Origin: Vulcanimicrobiota bacterium
GTDB lineage: Bacteria; Vulcanimicrobiota; Xenobia; Xenobiales; JADMJV01
NCBI GenBank assembly: GCA_050250895.1
Contig: JBFWNU010000001.1
Location: 1,448,008 to 1,512,007, forward strand
DNA length: 64,000 nucleotides
Reading direction: 5' to 3'
The position numbers and the translations under genes were made by a program. Of the stretch, positions 56,717-64,000 are shown piece after piece. Below the pieces are notes generated by a model, which was not told where the DNA came from, made no database searches, and saw nothing but the letters and a program-made list of their open reading frames with translations. Numbering within the stretch: the stretch's first letter is position 1; each line of letters begins with the position of its first letter.

Positions 56717-57223
56717 ATGGGACGACGTTTGAGCCTGCGCCAGGCTTCCGAGCAACTGGGCGTGCATAAGAATCGATTGTGGCGGGCGATCAAGAGTGGC
56801 CAGCTTCGAGCCGAGCTGCAAGAGCGAGGCGGACGCAGTACCTATAAGGTGGATGATGACGAACTGGCCCGCTGGGCTGGCGAGTTTCTCTCGTCGGGCG
56901 AGTTCGAGACGGTGCGAGCCGAGTCGAAACGAGGCGAGACGGTCCCGCTCGAGGTGCACCTGGCCTTGCAGCAACAAGTGGACGGACTGATCGAGGAGCT
57001 TCGTCGGGCCGAACGCCGGTTGGTCGCGGTGCAGTTGGCGTTCGCGACCGAGCAGCAGGTCCTGGCCGAGACTCAGCAGGCCCTCTTCGAGGCCCGGAGC
57101 CACCTCGACAGCGATCCGGCTCCCATCCTGGCCCAAGAACTCAAGGCGGCCCGCACCGAGTTGGCCCGTTGGGAAAAGCAGCGGCGCAGCCAGACCTGGT
57201 GGAGCACCATCCTTCGAGCCTAG
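56717..57223 (+). CDS. helix-turn-helix protein with coiled coil
   Basis: LSLRQASEQLGVHKNRLWRAIKSGQL; coiled coil; C-terminal TWW. Confidence 0.75.
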   Translation: MGRRLSLRQASEQLGVHKNRLWRAIKSGQLRAELQERGGRSTYKVDDDELARWAGEFLSSGEFETVRAESKRGETVPLEVHLALQQQVDGLIEELRRAERRLVAVQLAFATEQQVLAETQQALFEARSHLDSDPAPILAQELKAARTELARWEKQRRSQTWWSTILRA

Positions 57224-57267
57224 TGTTCCAAAGGGGAACGTGCCTGCCGTCGTGAACCCATCGTGAG

Positions 57268-57915
57268 ATGTCCGAATCGACCGAGATGTACCTGCTCACT
57301 ATCTATAAGCTCAACGAGCAACATGGTAGAGCCGGCAACACCCTGATGGCCAATTGGCTCGGAGTGAGCACGGCCTCGATCACCGAGATGGTCAAGAAGT
57401 TGGCCGAAAAGGGCCTGGTCGAGCGCAAGGGCCGCGGGCTTTATCTCAAGCCCGCCGGAGAGAAGATCGCGCTGCGAGTCATCCGCAAGCACCGCCTGGC
57501 CGAGCGTTTTCTGACCGACCACCTGGGCATCCCCTGGGACCATGCTCACGACCAGGCGTGTCGCCTCGAACACATACTATCTGATCAGGTGGTCAACGCT
57601 CTGGAAGAATTCCTGGACTATCCGGCCACCTGTCCCCACGGGCATCCCATTCCCGACCGTGACGGGCGCCTGGAGTATACCGAGAGCCCCAGGCTGCACG
57701 ACCACCCCGAAGGGCGAGTGGTCGAGGTGGAACGGGTTAGCGAAGAGTCGGCCGAGGTGCTGCGTTACTTAGAAGAGATCGGGCTCAAGCCGGGCTGTCG
57801 GCTGACCATCGAGAAGGTGGCCCCTTTCGAAGGACCCCTGCTGGTGCGCGTGGGTGAGGCAGCCCTGCCCTTGAGTCGGGAGATTGCTGGAAAGATCTGG
57901 GCCAGGGCAACATGA
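57268..57915 (+). CDS. DtxR/MntR-family metal-dependent repressor with FeoA domain
   Basis: EMYLLTIY, ASITEMVKKL, RKHRLAERFL, ACRLEH, CPHGHPIP, FeoA domain. Confidence 0.93.
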   Translation: MSESTEMYLLTIYKLNEQHGRAGNTLMANWLGVSTASITEMVKKLAEKGLVERKGRGLYLKPAGEKIALRVIRKHRLAERFLTDHLGIPWDHAHDQACRLEHILSDQVVNALEEFLDYPATCPHGHPIPDRDGRLEYTESPRLHDHPEGRVVEVERVSEESAEVLRYLEEIGLKPGCRLTIEKVAPFEGPLLVRVGEAALPLSREIAGKIWARAT

Positions 57916-57938
57916 TTGAAACAAAATCTCGCGAGATA

Positions 57939-58001
57939 GTTACCTGGTTAACATAGTTGTAACTTCAGGCGTTTGGCAACCCCCTCCCCCTTCGATACAC
58001 T
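57939..58001 (+). promoter_or_regulatory. GTTAAC box plus sigma70-like promoter of Gly-rich paralog 1
   Basis: GTTACC 57939-44, GTTAAC 57947-52, TGTAAC 57958-63; TTGGCA-N17-TACACT (57973-58001). Confidence 0.6.
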
Positions 58002-58039
58002 AAAGGCAATTAACCGACACGAAAGGGGACTACCTAGAA

Positions 58040-58387
58040 ATGGGTAAAGTCAAAAATCAGCCTAACATCAACATCAACATCGTCAACAGCGGCAACAGCT
58101 TCAACGGCGCCAACGGTGCCAACAGCCTCTTCGGCGGACAGCCCGGCTGCGGTGGTTGCAACGGCGCTCACGGCCCCCACGGTCCTCGCGGCGCTCGCAT
58201 GCGCGCGATGCGCAACCTTCACAAATTGGCCCACGTCCTCAACGGCGGCGGCCCTGGTCACGGACACGGAAACTGCTTCGGCTGCGGCAACCCCGGCTTT
58301 GGCGGCCTGGGCGGTGGCTTCGGTGGCGGCTTCCAGGTGGCCGGCAGCTTCAAAATGGGTGTAGGCGGCTTCCTCGGCCTCGGCTAG
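58040..58387 (+). CDS. Gly-rich small protein, paralog 1
   Basis: RBS AAAGGGG; shares conserved blocks with 58621-59010; has its own terminator. Confidence 0.85.
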   Translation: MGKVKNQPNININIVNSGNSFNGANGANSLFGGQPGCGGCNGAHGPHGPRGARMRAMRNLHKLAHVLNGGGPGHGHGNCFGCGNPGFGGLGGGFGGGFQVAGSFKMGVGGFLGLG

Positions 58388-58412
58388 CTAGAACCCCTCG
58401 ATACCAGCACTG

Positions 58413-58447
58413 AAAGGGCCTCTTGTCTTCGGACAGGGGGCTTTTTT
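58413..58447 (+). terminator. intrinsic terminator
   Basis: GCCTCTTGTC-ttcg-GACAGGGGGC followed by TTTTTT. Confidence 0.85.
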
Positions 58448-58501
58448 GCGTTGGGCAGAGGTTGGTTCGGGCGGCGGAGAGTTTACAGAAAACGAAGAAT
58501 A

Positions 58502-58576
58502 GTTAACGGTCTGTTTACAATGGCAACCTGGTTGTCACAAAAACGGGTGGGTACCGCCTGGGATTTGGCCTACTAT
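58502..58576 (+). promoter_or_regulatory. GTTAAC box upstream of Gly-rich paralog 2
   Basis: GTTAAC-N5-GTTTAC (58502-18), GGCAAC-N5-TGTCAC (58522-38), TACTAT 58571-76. Confidence 0.55.
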
Positions 58577-58620
58577 CATCTCAAGCAAGACAAACAAATT
58601 GCACGAAGGAGCTTGGAGTA

Positions 58621-59010
58621 ATGGGCAAAGTTAAACAGCAACCGGGAATCAACATCAACATCATCAACAGCGGCAACAGCTATGGCGCCAACGGCGCTCA
58701 GGGCGCCCAGGGCCAGAACCCCCTGCAGTCCCTGTTCGGTGGACAAGGTGGATGTTGTGGCGGTCCTAAGGGTGCGATGCACCGCCGCATGCATGCGATG
58801 CGTAATCTGGCCAAAGTGGCTGGCGCGCTCGGTGGTGGCGGTGGTTGCCAGAGCTGTATGGGTGCCGGTCACCCGAATTTCGGCGGACTTCACGGAGCTA
58901 TGAACCTGGGTGGCGGCCTGGGCGGCGGTTTCGGCGGCGGTCTCGGCGGTGGCTTCCAGGTAGCCGGTAGTTTCAAAATGGCGGCCGGTGGCTTCCTCGG
59001 AATGGCCTAG
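58621..59010 (+). CDS. Gly-rich small protein, paralog 2
   Basis: RBS AAGGAG/GGAG; conserved blocks shared with 58040-58387. Confidence 0.85.
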   Translation: MGKVKQQPGININIINSGNSYGANGAQGAQGQNPLQSLFGGQGGCCGGPKGAMHRRMHAMRNLAKVAGALGGGGGCQSCMGAGHPNFGGLHGAMNLGGGLGGGFGGGLGGGFQVAGSFKMAAGGFLGMA

Positions 59011-59034
59011 CAACTAGAATTTGATGTGGTCTCG

Positions 59035-59061
59035 AAAGGCCGCCCCAAGGGCGGCCTTTTT
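59035..59061 (+). terminator. intrinsic terminator
   Basis: AAAGGCCGCCC-caa-GGGCGGCCTTTTT. Confidence 0.85.
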
Positions 59062-59104
59062 GCTGTTTGTTTTACCCGGTGGCCGCCGGGGCAAGTAAAC
59101 GGGG

Positions 59105-59413
59105 ATGACTTTTGACGAACCAGACTTTGAAGCCCTGGCCAAGAATTGGCTAAGGGTGGACCCCCGCACCAGCGCTCAGGATGCCCAACTCCAAGCCCGC
59201 ATTCAAGCACGGCTGGCCGCCGCCCTGGCCGAACGTCGGCGGCAGGTGCGAGCCGCCGCCCAGGACGAGGGTGGTGACCTGGTAGTTTCGATCGACCGCA
59301 GCCGCCTCTGTCCCGAGACCGGCCTCGATCTGTCCGCCCTGGCCGAGCTGGCGGGTTTTGTGGAAGAGCTCAGCGAGGGTCCGAAATCCGATTCAGAATC
59401 TGAGGATCAATAG
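59105..59413 (+). CDS. hypothetical protein
   Basis: 102-aa ORF filling the intergenic gap. Confidence 0.55.
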   Translation: MTFDEPDFEALAKNWLRVDPRTSAQDAQLQARIQARLAAALAERRRQVRAAAQDEGGDLVVSIDRSRLCPETGLDLSALAELAGFVEELSEGPKSDSESEDQ

Positions 59414-59505
59414 GGTTTAGACTTTCCTCCGAGGCGACAGAATAATGGATACGCACGTCAGTTCGTGCGAAAGTTTTTGACCACACAGAAAGACGAGGAC
59501 GAGCA

Positions 59506-60438
59506 ATGAGGATCGGAGTGCTGCGAGGCCGGGAAGAATCTTTTCCTGAAGCTATTATCGCCTGTATCAATGCTAGAGACGAGGATGTGACGGCCGAGTT
59601 CGTGCATCTCGGCGGAACGAGCATGGGAGAGGAGTGTCCCTATGACGTGATCATGGACCGCATCTCTCACGAGGTTCCCTACTATCAGGTTTATCTCAAG
59701 CAGGCTTCGATGCAGGGCACTTACGTCGTCAACAATCCCTTCTGGATGAACGTCGACGACAAGTTCTTCGGCTACTCGCTGGCTCAGAAGATGGGAATCC
59801 CGGTTCCCAAGACGGTGGTGCTGCCCAACAAAGAATACATCGCGGACATCAACGCCAAATCACTGCGCAACCTCTGGCCCATCGACTGGAACCTGCGCCT
59901 GCAGGAAGTCGGCCTGCCCTGCATCATGAAGCCGGCCTTCGGCGGCGGCTGGAAGAACGTCACCAAGATCACCTCGGTCGAGCAGGCCATCGAGACCTAT
60001 CAGCAGTCGGGCGACCTGACCATGATGCTGCAAGAGTTCATCGACTGGGATGACTACATCCGCTGCTTGTGCATCGGCCGCAAGTATGCCCGCTCCATTC
60101 GTTATATCCCTCGTCCGATGGGCATGGGAGAATACGTTCAGGACCTGAGCGTGCTCAACCCCGAGCATGCCCGCAAGGCCGAAGAGTACAGCCTCATGTT
60201 CAACGAGGTGCTGGGCTACGACATGAACGCTCTCGAATTCGCTATCAAAGACGACATCGTTTATGCTATCGACATCACCAACTACGTCTGTGACATGGAC
60301 TATAAGTCGCTCAAGGACGCTCACTTTGGCTGGGCCGTCGAGCACATGTCCGACTTCCTCATCGAGATGGCCCGCGAAAAACAGGTCAATCACCCGGCCG
60401 CCAATTGGGCCCGCATTCCCGAGTTCACCCTGGCCTAG
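59506..60438 (+). CDS. RimK/glutathione-synthase-like ATP-grasp ligase
   Basis: DRISHEVPYY, VNNPFW..DDKFF, VPKTVVLP, MKPAFGGGWKNV, MLQEFI, EFAI..YAID. Confidence 0.85.
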   Translation: MRIGVLRGREESFPEAIIACINARDEDVTAEFVHLGGTSMGEECPYDVIMDRISHEVPYYQVYLKQASMQGTYVVNNPFWMNVDDKFFGYSLAQKMGIPVPKTVVLPNKEYIADINAKSLRNLWPIDWNLRLQEVGLPCIMKPAFGGGWKNVTKITSVEQAIETYQQSGDLTMMLQEFIDWDDYIRCLCIGRKYARSIRYIPRPMGMGEYVQDLSVLNPEHARKAEEYSLMFNEVLGYDMNALEFAIKDDIVYAIDITNYVCDMDYKSLKDAHFGWAVEHMSDFLIEMAREKQVNHPAANWARIPEFTLA

Positions 60439-60457
60439 CTCTCTCAGGCTGAATCCG

Positions 60458-60494
60458 ACAGGCCTCGCACGCGAGTGTGGGGCCTGTTTTGTTT
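60458..60494 (+). terminator. intrinsic terminator
   Basis: ACAGGCCTCGCAC-gcga-GTGTGGGGCCTGT followed by TTTGTTT. Confidence 0.75.
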
Positions 60495-60541
60495 CCCCTT
60501 CTCGGCGGAGGGAAGCTCCATGGGTCCAAGAATTTTTCGGT

Positions 60542-60970
60542 ATGGCGAAAACACTTTCGGCTGAAAAACTTCGTCAGATCCAGTCGATCATGGAGCGTGA
60601 TCCTCAGGCTTACTCCGAGATCGAGTTCGGTCTCTTGCGCCATGCCCAGGGCCAGCGCCGCGAGCAACTGGTCACTGGCCGGATGCTCAAACAGCAACAG
60701 CGCGAAAACGAGTTGCTCAAAAACCGCCTGGCCCTGGCCGAGAAGCGGCTGACCACCCTGGCACGGGCCTTGCACAGCGTTTGCGAGGCGGCCGGTAGAA
60801 GCCTCATCGACTGGGAGAGCGATCGCGAACTGGCCTGGATTTTCGGTATTTTGCGCGGCTGGGAAGACCTCGAAGACGAGTTGGCCGAGCGGTTCGCCTG
60901 GACTCCGTCGCAACGCGAACTGATCCAGCGTTATCGGGCCGGGCTACTCGAGATCTGTCAGGCCGAATAG
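60542..60970 (+). CDS. hypothetical coiled-coil protein
   Basis: ORF from ATG 60542 with coiled-coil middle. Confidence 0.6.
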   Translation: MAKTLSAEKLRQIQSIMERDPQAYSEIEFGLLRHAQGQRREQLVTGRMLKQQQRENELLKNRLALAEKRLTTLARALHSVCEAAGRSLIDWESDRELAWIFGILRGWEDLEDELAERFAWTPSQRELIQRYRAGLLEICQAE

Positions 60971-61003
60971 TCGCAGGAAAAGTCGTGGGTTACGCCAACT
61001 GGC

Positions 61004-62560
61004 ATGCCTATGAAGCGATTTTTCCTGGTTCTGGTTTGCGTCTGTGTCATGGTCGGCTGTGGCGGGGGCGGCGGTGGTGGCGGCGGACAAGCGACGGGTG
61101 GTGGAGGTGCCGGAGGCGGTGCAGTGACACCTCCGCCTGTGTTGCTCACCCCCCGAACCTTCACGGTTCCCAACTTTGGGGCCAACCAGAAAGCTGTCTT
61201 CCTCAGTGGCCTGACCCCGCCCACGGATGCGGCGGGCGGAAACCAGACCATCCAGCTGGTCAGCAACAACCGCAGCCTCCCGACCGTGGCCAGGGCAGAA
61301 GAAGCGACGCCGGCCTCGACCTCGAACGAGCCGATCGGCTGCGGGATGGTGCTCTTGCGCGAAGAGCCGGTTCGGCCCACCGACCAGGCCCTGTCGAGAT
61401 CAGGCGTGCTGCCTCGCTTTCAAGAGCTGGCCGAGGGCAGCGTCGAAACCTTCTTTAGCTCGTTTACGGGCCAGACGATCACCACCCAGAAGGTGCTCGA
61501 GCCCAACGAGACCATTCGATGTACGATTTTCGCCGAGGTCGTCTCGGGGGCGCCAGTGGTTTCCAGGGCGCGGGCTCTGCAGATCGCCGAAGCTTTTGAC
61601 ACCGACAATCCGTTCTTGCCGGGACCGGGCGGGATTTACGACCAGGTGAGGGCCATCTATGGCTCGGAGTGGTCGGCCCTGGGAGGGCGCGACGGCGACG
61701 CCAAGATCGTGCTGGTATTCATGCGCTCGGCCAGCATTGGCGGAACCGGCTTGTTCGGCTTCTTCCGTCCCACCGACGCTTCGCTAAAGTCACAGATCGC
61801 CAACAGCAATGAAGGCGAAATCCTCTACCTCAACGCCGACCGCACCCTCGACGAGCAATTGGGCACCATCGCTCACGAGTTCAAGCATATGATCAGCTAC
61901 AATACCAAGGTCATCCGCCAGGGGGCCTTCCCGGCCAACGCTCCCTTCGAGAACCTGAGCGTCGAAGAAGGCCTGGCGGTATTGGCCGAGCAGCTCATCG
62001 GCTATACCATGGAGCGGGGAAACAGCTTTCAGTTCATCGTCTCGCGCAACTATCTACAGGCGCCCCAAAACTTTGATTTCTTCACTTTTTCGACTTCGAA
62101 TGCCGGCTACTACGGGCAGGGGTATCTGTTCTTCCGCTACGTGTTGGAACATTTCGGCCAGCAGACCATCACCAATATCGCGATGTCGACCAGCACTGGT
62201 CTGACCAACCTCAACCAGAATCTGGCCCCCGGGTTTGCCGAAGTGTTCCGGCGCTGGACAGTGGCCAACTATGTCTGCAACCTGGGCGGAACGCCGCCTA
62301 CCATCTACACCTATCCCAGCGGTTTTCGAACTCAGGGCAACATCCCCGCGGTGGGCACTTTGCCCGGGCCGGCGGTCCTTAATGCCCCCAACTCTGGAAC
62401 CTTCAGCACACCAGTCCAGGGCAATTGGTCGGCGGCCTACGTCGGCTATCAGAACGGCAATGGCACCGCCCTGGAGATTACGTTCACTCCGCCCGCCAAC
62501 AGTACTCAGCAGCTTCTCTTCGAGAATCCCACCGGCACCTTCACCAGTCTCCAAAACTAG
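61004..62560 (+). CDS. lipoprotein zinc metallopeptidase (M30/gluzincin-like)
   Basis: Lipobox VMVGC, poly-Gly linker, SNEGEILYLN, TIAHEFKHMI, VEEGLA, YGQGYLF. Confidence 0.8.
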   Translation: MPMKRFFLVLVCVCVMVGCGGGGGGGGGQATGGGGAGGGAVTPPPVLLTPRTFTVPNFGANQKAVFLSGLTPPTDAAGGNQTIQLVSNNRSLPTVARAEEATPASTSNEPIGCGMVLLREEPVRPTDQALSRSGVLPRFQELAEGSVETFFSSFTGQTITTQKVLEPNETIRCTIFAEVVSGAPVVSRARALQIAEAFDTDNPFLPGPGGIYDQVRAIYGSEWSALGGRDGDAKIVLVFMRSASIGGTGLFGFFRPTDASLKSQIANSNEGEILYLNADRTLDEQLGTIAHEFKHMISYNTKVIRQGAFPANAPFENLSVEEGLAVLAEQLIGYTMERGNSFQFIVSRNYLQAPQNFDFFTFSTSNAGYYGQGYLFFRYVLEHFGQQTITNIAMSTSTGLTNLNQNLAPGFAEVFRRWTVANYVCNLGGTPPTIYTYPSGFRTQGNIPAVGTLPGPAVLNAPNSGTFSTPVQGNWSAAYVGYQNGNGTALEITFTPPANSTQQLLFENPTGTFTSLQN

Positions 62561-62970
62561 CGCTTGGTGCGGTCCCAGCTGATCACGCGCTCGGGCCGAA
62601 CTCGGATATAGACAAAGCCGTCGGGAATGCTGGTGGGGGGCTGTTCGCCTCGCTGGCTGGCGACTGCCTGCTTGAGGGCGAGCAGTTCTTTTCGCTCGCG
62701 AACGACCGTTGCATAGCCCTGGACGAGCACTCCGATCAATTCTCCGGTGCCACGGCCGCTTTCGAGCAGAAGCGACACTTTGGGGTTTCGGTCGATGTTT
62801 CGCACCTTGCGGGTGGCCGGCTTACAACCCATGTAGATGTCTGACCCGAGCACGAAATAACCCATGGGCACGCTGTGGGGAAAGCCGTCGGAGTCCAGGC
62901 TGGTCAGGATGATCCAGTGCTTCTTCTGGCCTAGGAACTCGGAAATTTCATCTTTGGTTAGATGGCGCAC
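62557..62970 (-). CDS. pyridoxamine 5'-phosphate oxidase-family (probable F420-binding) protein
   Basis: LTSLDSDGFPHSVPMGY, KVRNIDRNPKVSLLLESG, GVLVQG, ISWD; GTG start 62970. Confidence 0.82.
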   Translation of the reverse strand: MRHLTKDEISEFLGQKKHWIILTSLDSDGFPHSVPMGYFVLGSDIYMGCKPATRKVRNIDRNPKVSLLLESGRGTGELIGVLVQGYATVVRERKELLALKQAVASQRGEQPPTSIPDGFVYIRVRPERVISWDRTKR

Positions 62971-63088
62971 AGACGTACTCCGTTCATAATCTCTTAATCT
63001 CAGGGCAAAAGGCCTCTTACCTTTTGACAACACCCTGGCCCTTCTACTGGCCTAGACTTTAAGCGTGGAGCCGGAAAGAAGGAACACG

Positions 63089-63334
63089 ATGATCGCCAGT
63101 TTCAACGCAGCCAACATGGCCGCCCGGTACCAAATGATGAGGTCGGACCTCGATCAGTCGAGGACCATCTATACTCAGATGGCCGCTGACGCTCAAAAGG
63201 AGGATGCCAAGCGCTGGAAGATTCTTAGCGATACTCAGACCAAGATCTTCGAGATTGTCAGTGACGTCACCGTCAACAAGGCCAAGACGCACGACAAGCT
63301 CTTTGAGCAGTGGGACAAGTACATCCGGTCGTAG
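63089..63334 (+). CDS. small all-helical protein (candidate T3SS needle/axial-like subunit)
   Basis: RBS AAGGAA; 81 aa without Gly, Pro or Cys; C-terminal KTHDKLFEQWDKYIR. ORF call is solid, function is inference. Confidence 0.7.
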   Translation: MIASFNAANMAARYQMMRSDLDQSRTIYTQMAADAQKEDAKRWKILSDTQTKIFEIVSDVTVNKAKTHDKLFEQWDKYIRS

Positions 63335-63336
63335 CC

Positions 63337-64000
63337 CTACAGGGCCGCCTTTTTCACGGTCGAGCCGAGAGCTTCGGGCACCCCCAACACGAGGGTGACC
63401 TTGGAGCCGCGGCGGTCGAGCGCGTAGAGGCGGCCCTTTTTCTTCCAGTTGCCGGCCTGGTGGCTGCCGTAGAGTTGGGTCAGCCCTGTGGTCATGAGCG
63501 TTTCGAACTCCTGGGCGTCATCGACGCTATCCCAAACGGTCGCCCACACCACAAAGCCTGCTTTGCCCCTGGCGTAGGCCCGATAGCAGTCGCCACCCCA
63601 GCCGCTGGCGGCCTCGAAGTTGGAGGCGCCGTACTCCTGGCAGAGAATGCGCACCGTAAATTCGCCGGCATGGTTTTCAGCCACCGACTTGTAGCCGCCG
63701 AAGCTGCTGGGCAGCCGGCTCAGCGAGATTTTCTGAGGCGGGTCGTTACCACGGAGGTATTTACCGGGGTGATAGATCTGCTCGCTCGAGGCGGGCGGTT
63801 GGCGCAGCGCCCGGTCGACCGCCTTCCAACCTCCTTGCTTGCGCAGGGCTGTGGCGAACACCATGCCCTGGGCGTAGGGGGCCGAGAGGACCTCTCGAAA
63901 GTAGCGCGGGGCCGAGGCCAGAGCGGGATCGCTCAGCGAAAGCAAACTGGGGTCCATGCCAGCCACGCCCGCGTCACCCAGGCTCTCGAGTTGCTCGGTC
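63337..64000 (-). CDS. C-terminal part of a putative surface metallopeptidase-associated protein (runs off window end)
   Basis: PYAQGMVF..GGWKAVD..PPASSEQIYHPGKY, GEF, GWGGD, WATVWDS; frame open to the window edge. Confidence 0.7.
   Translation of the reverse strand, partial: TEQLESLGDAGVAGMDPSLLSLSDPALASAPRYFREVLSAPYAQGMVFATALRKQGGWKAVDRALRQPPASSEQIYHPGKYLRGNDPPQKISLSRLPSSFGGYKSVAENHAGEFTVRILCQEYGASNFEAASGWGGDCYRAYARGKAGFVVWATVWDSVDDAQEFETLMTTGLTQLYGSHQAGNWKKKGRLYALDRRGSKVTLVLGVPEALGSTVKKAAL

Noticed and set aside
58040-60438. Graspetide RiPP cluster (Gly-rich precursors plus nearby ATP-grasp)
   Set aside because: Both small proteins lack Asp/Glu needed for omega-ester/amide cross-links, and terminators plus another ORF separate them from the ligase
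1-64000. CRISPR arrays, IS elements, prophage
   Set aside because: No spaced direct-repeat array, transposase, integrase or phage structural gene was recognised; GGCGGT-type repeats are Gly codons, and the two excisionase-like HTH ORFs have no mobile-element context

Overview
GC-rich bacterial chromosomal window. Its gene order and eukaryote-like Ser/Thr kinases suggest a Terrabacteria-type organism, possibly Vulcanimicrobiota/Eremiobacterota (inference only). The centrepiece is a 17-kb minus-strand operon (10925-28149) in fla/che-like order: flgB flgC fliE fliF fliG fliH fliI fliJ [SLT] fliK flgE fliM fliN fliN fliO fliP fliQ fliR flhB flhA. The export machinery is intact, but the operon looks stripped of motility functions. 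It has no flgD, fliL, motAB, cheY or flhF. FliG has lost two stator-contacting arginines (R281->E and R297->P, E. coli numbering), FliM has no CheY-P-binding N-terminus, and FliE has an inner-rod-like C-terminus. This points to a flagellum-derived, secretion-only type III system. An 11-bp-period GTTAAC direct repeat (TTAA-N7-TTAA, CtrA-box-like) lies upstream of flgB and flgE and also upstream of several scattered orphan genes: two tandem Gly-rich paralogs, two low-complexity proteins, a membrane protein and an 81-aa needle/axial-like helical protein. These define a candidate regulon and substrate set. The rest of the window holds a purine catabolism cluster (guaD, allB, uraD, uraH, puuD) coupled to an MBL-cNMP gene, an RHH-fusion gene with operator-like repeats, ribD-cofG-cofH plus two PPOX/F420-type proteins, tRNA-Leu(GAG), and housekeeping genes (mrp, rnd, trxB, folD, crcB, DtxR/MntR). 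No CRISPR array, transposase or integrase was seen.
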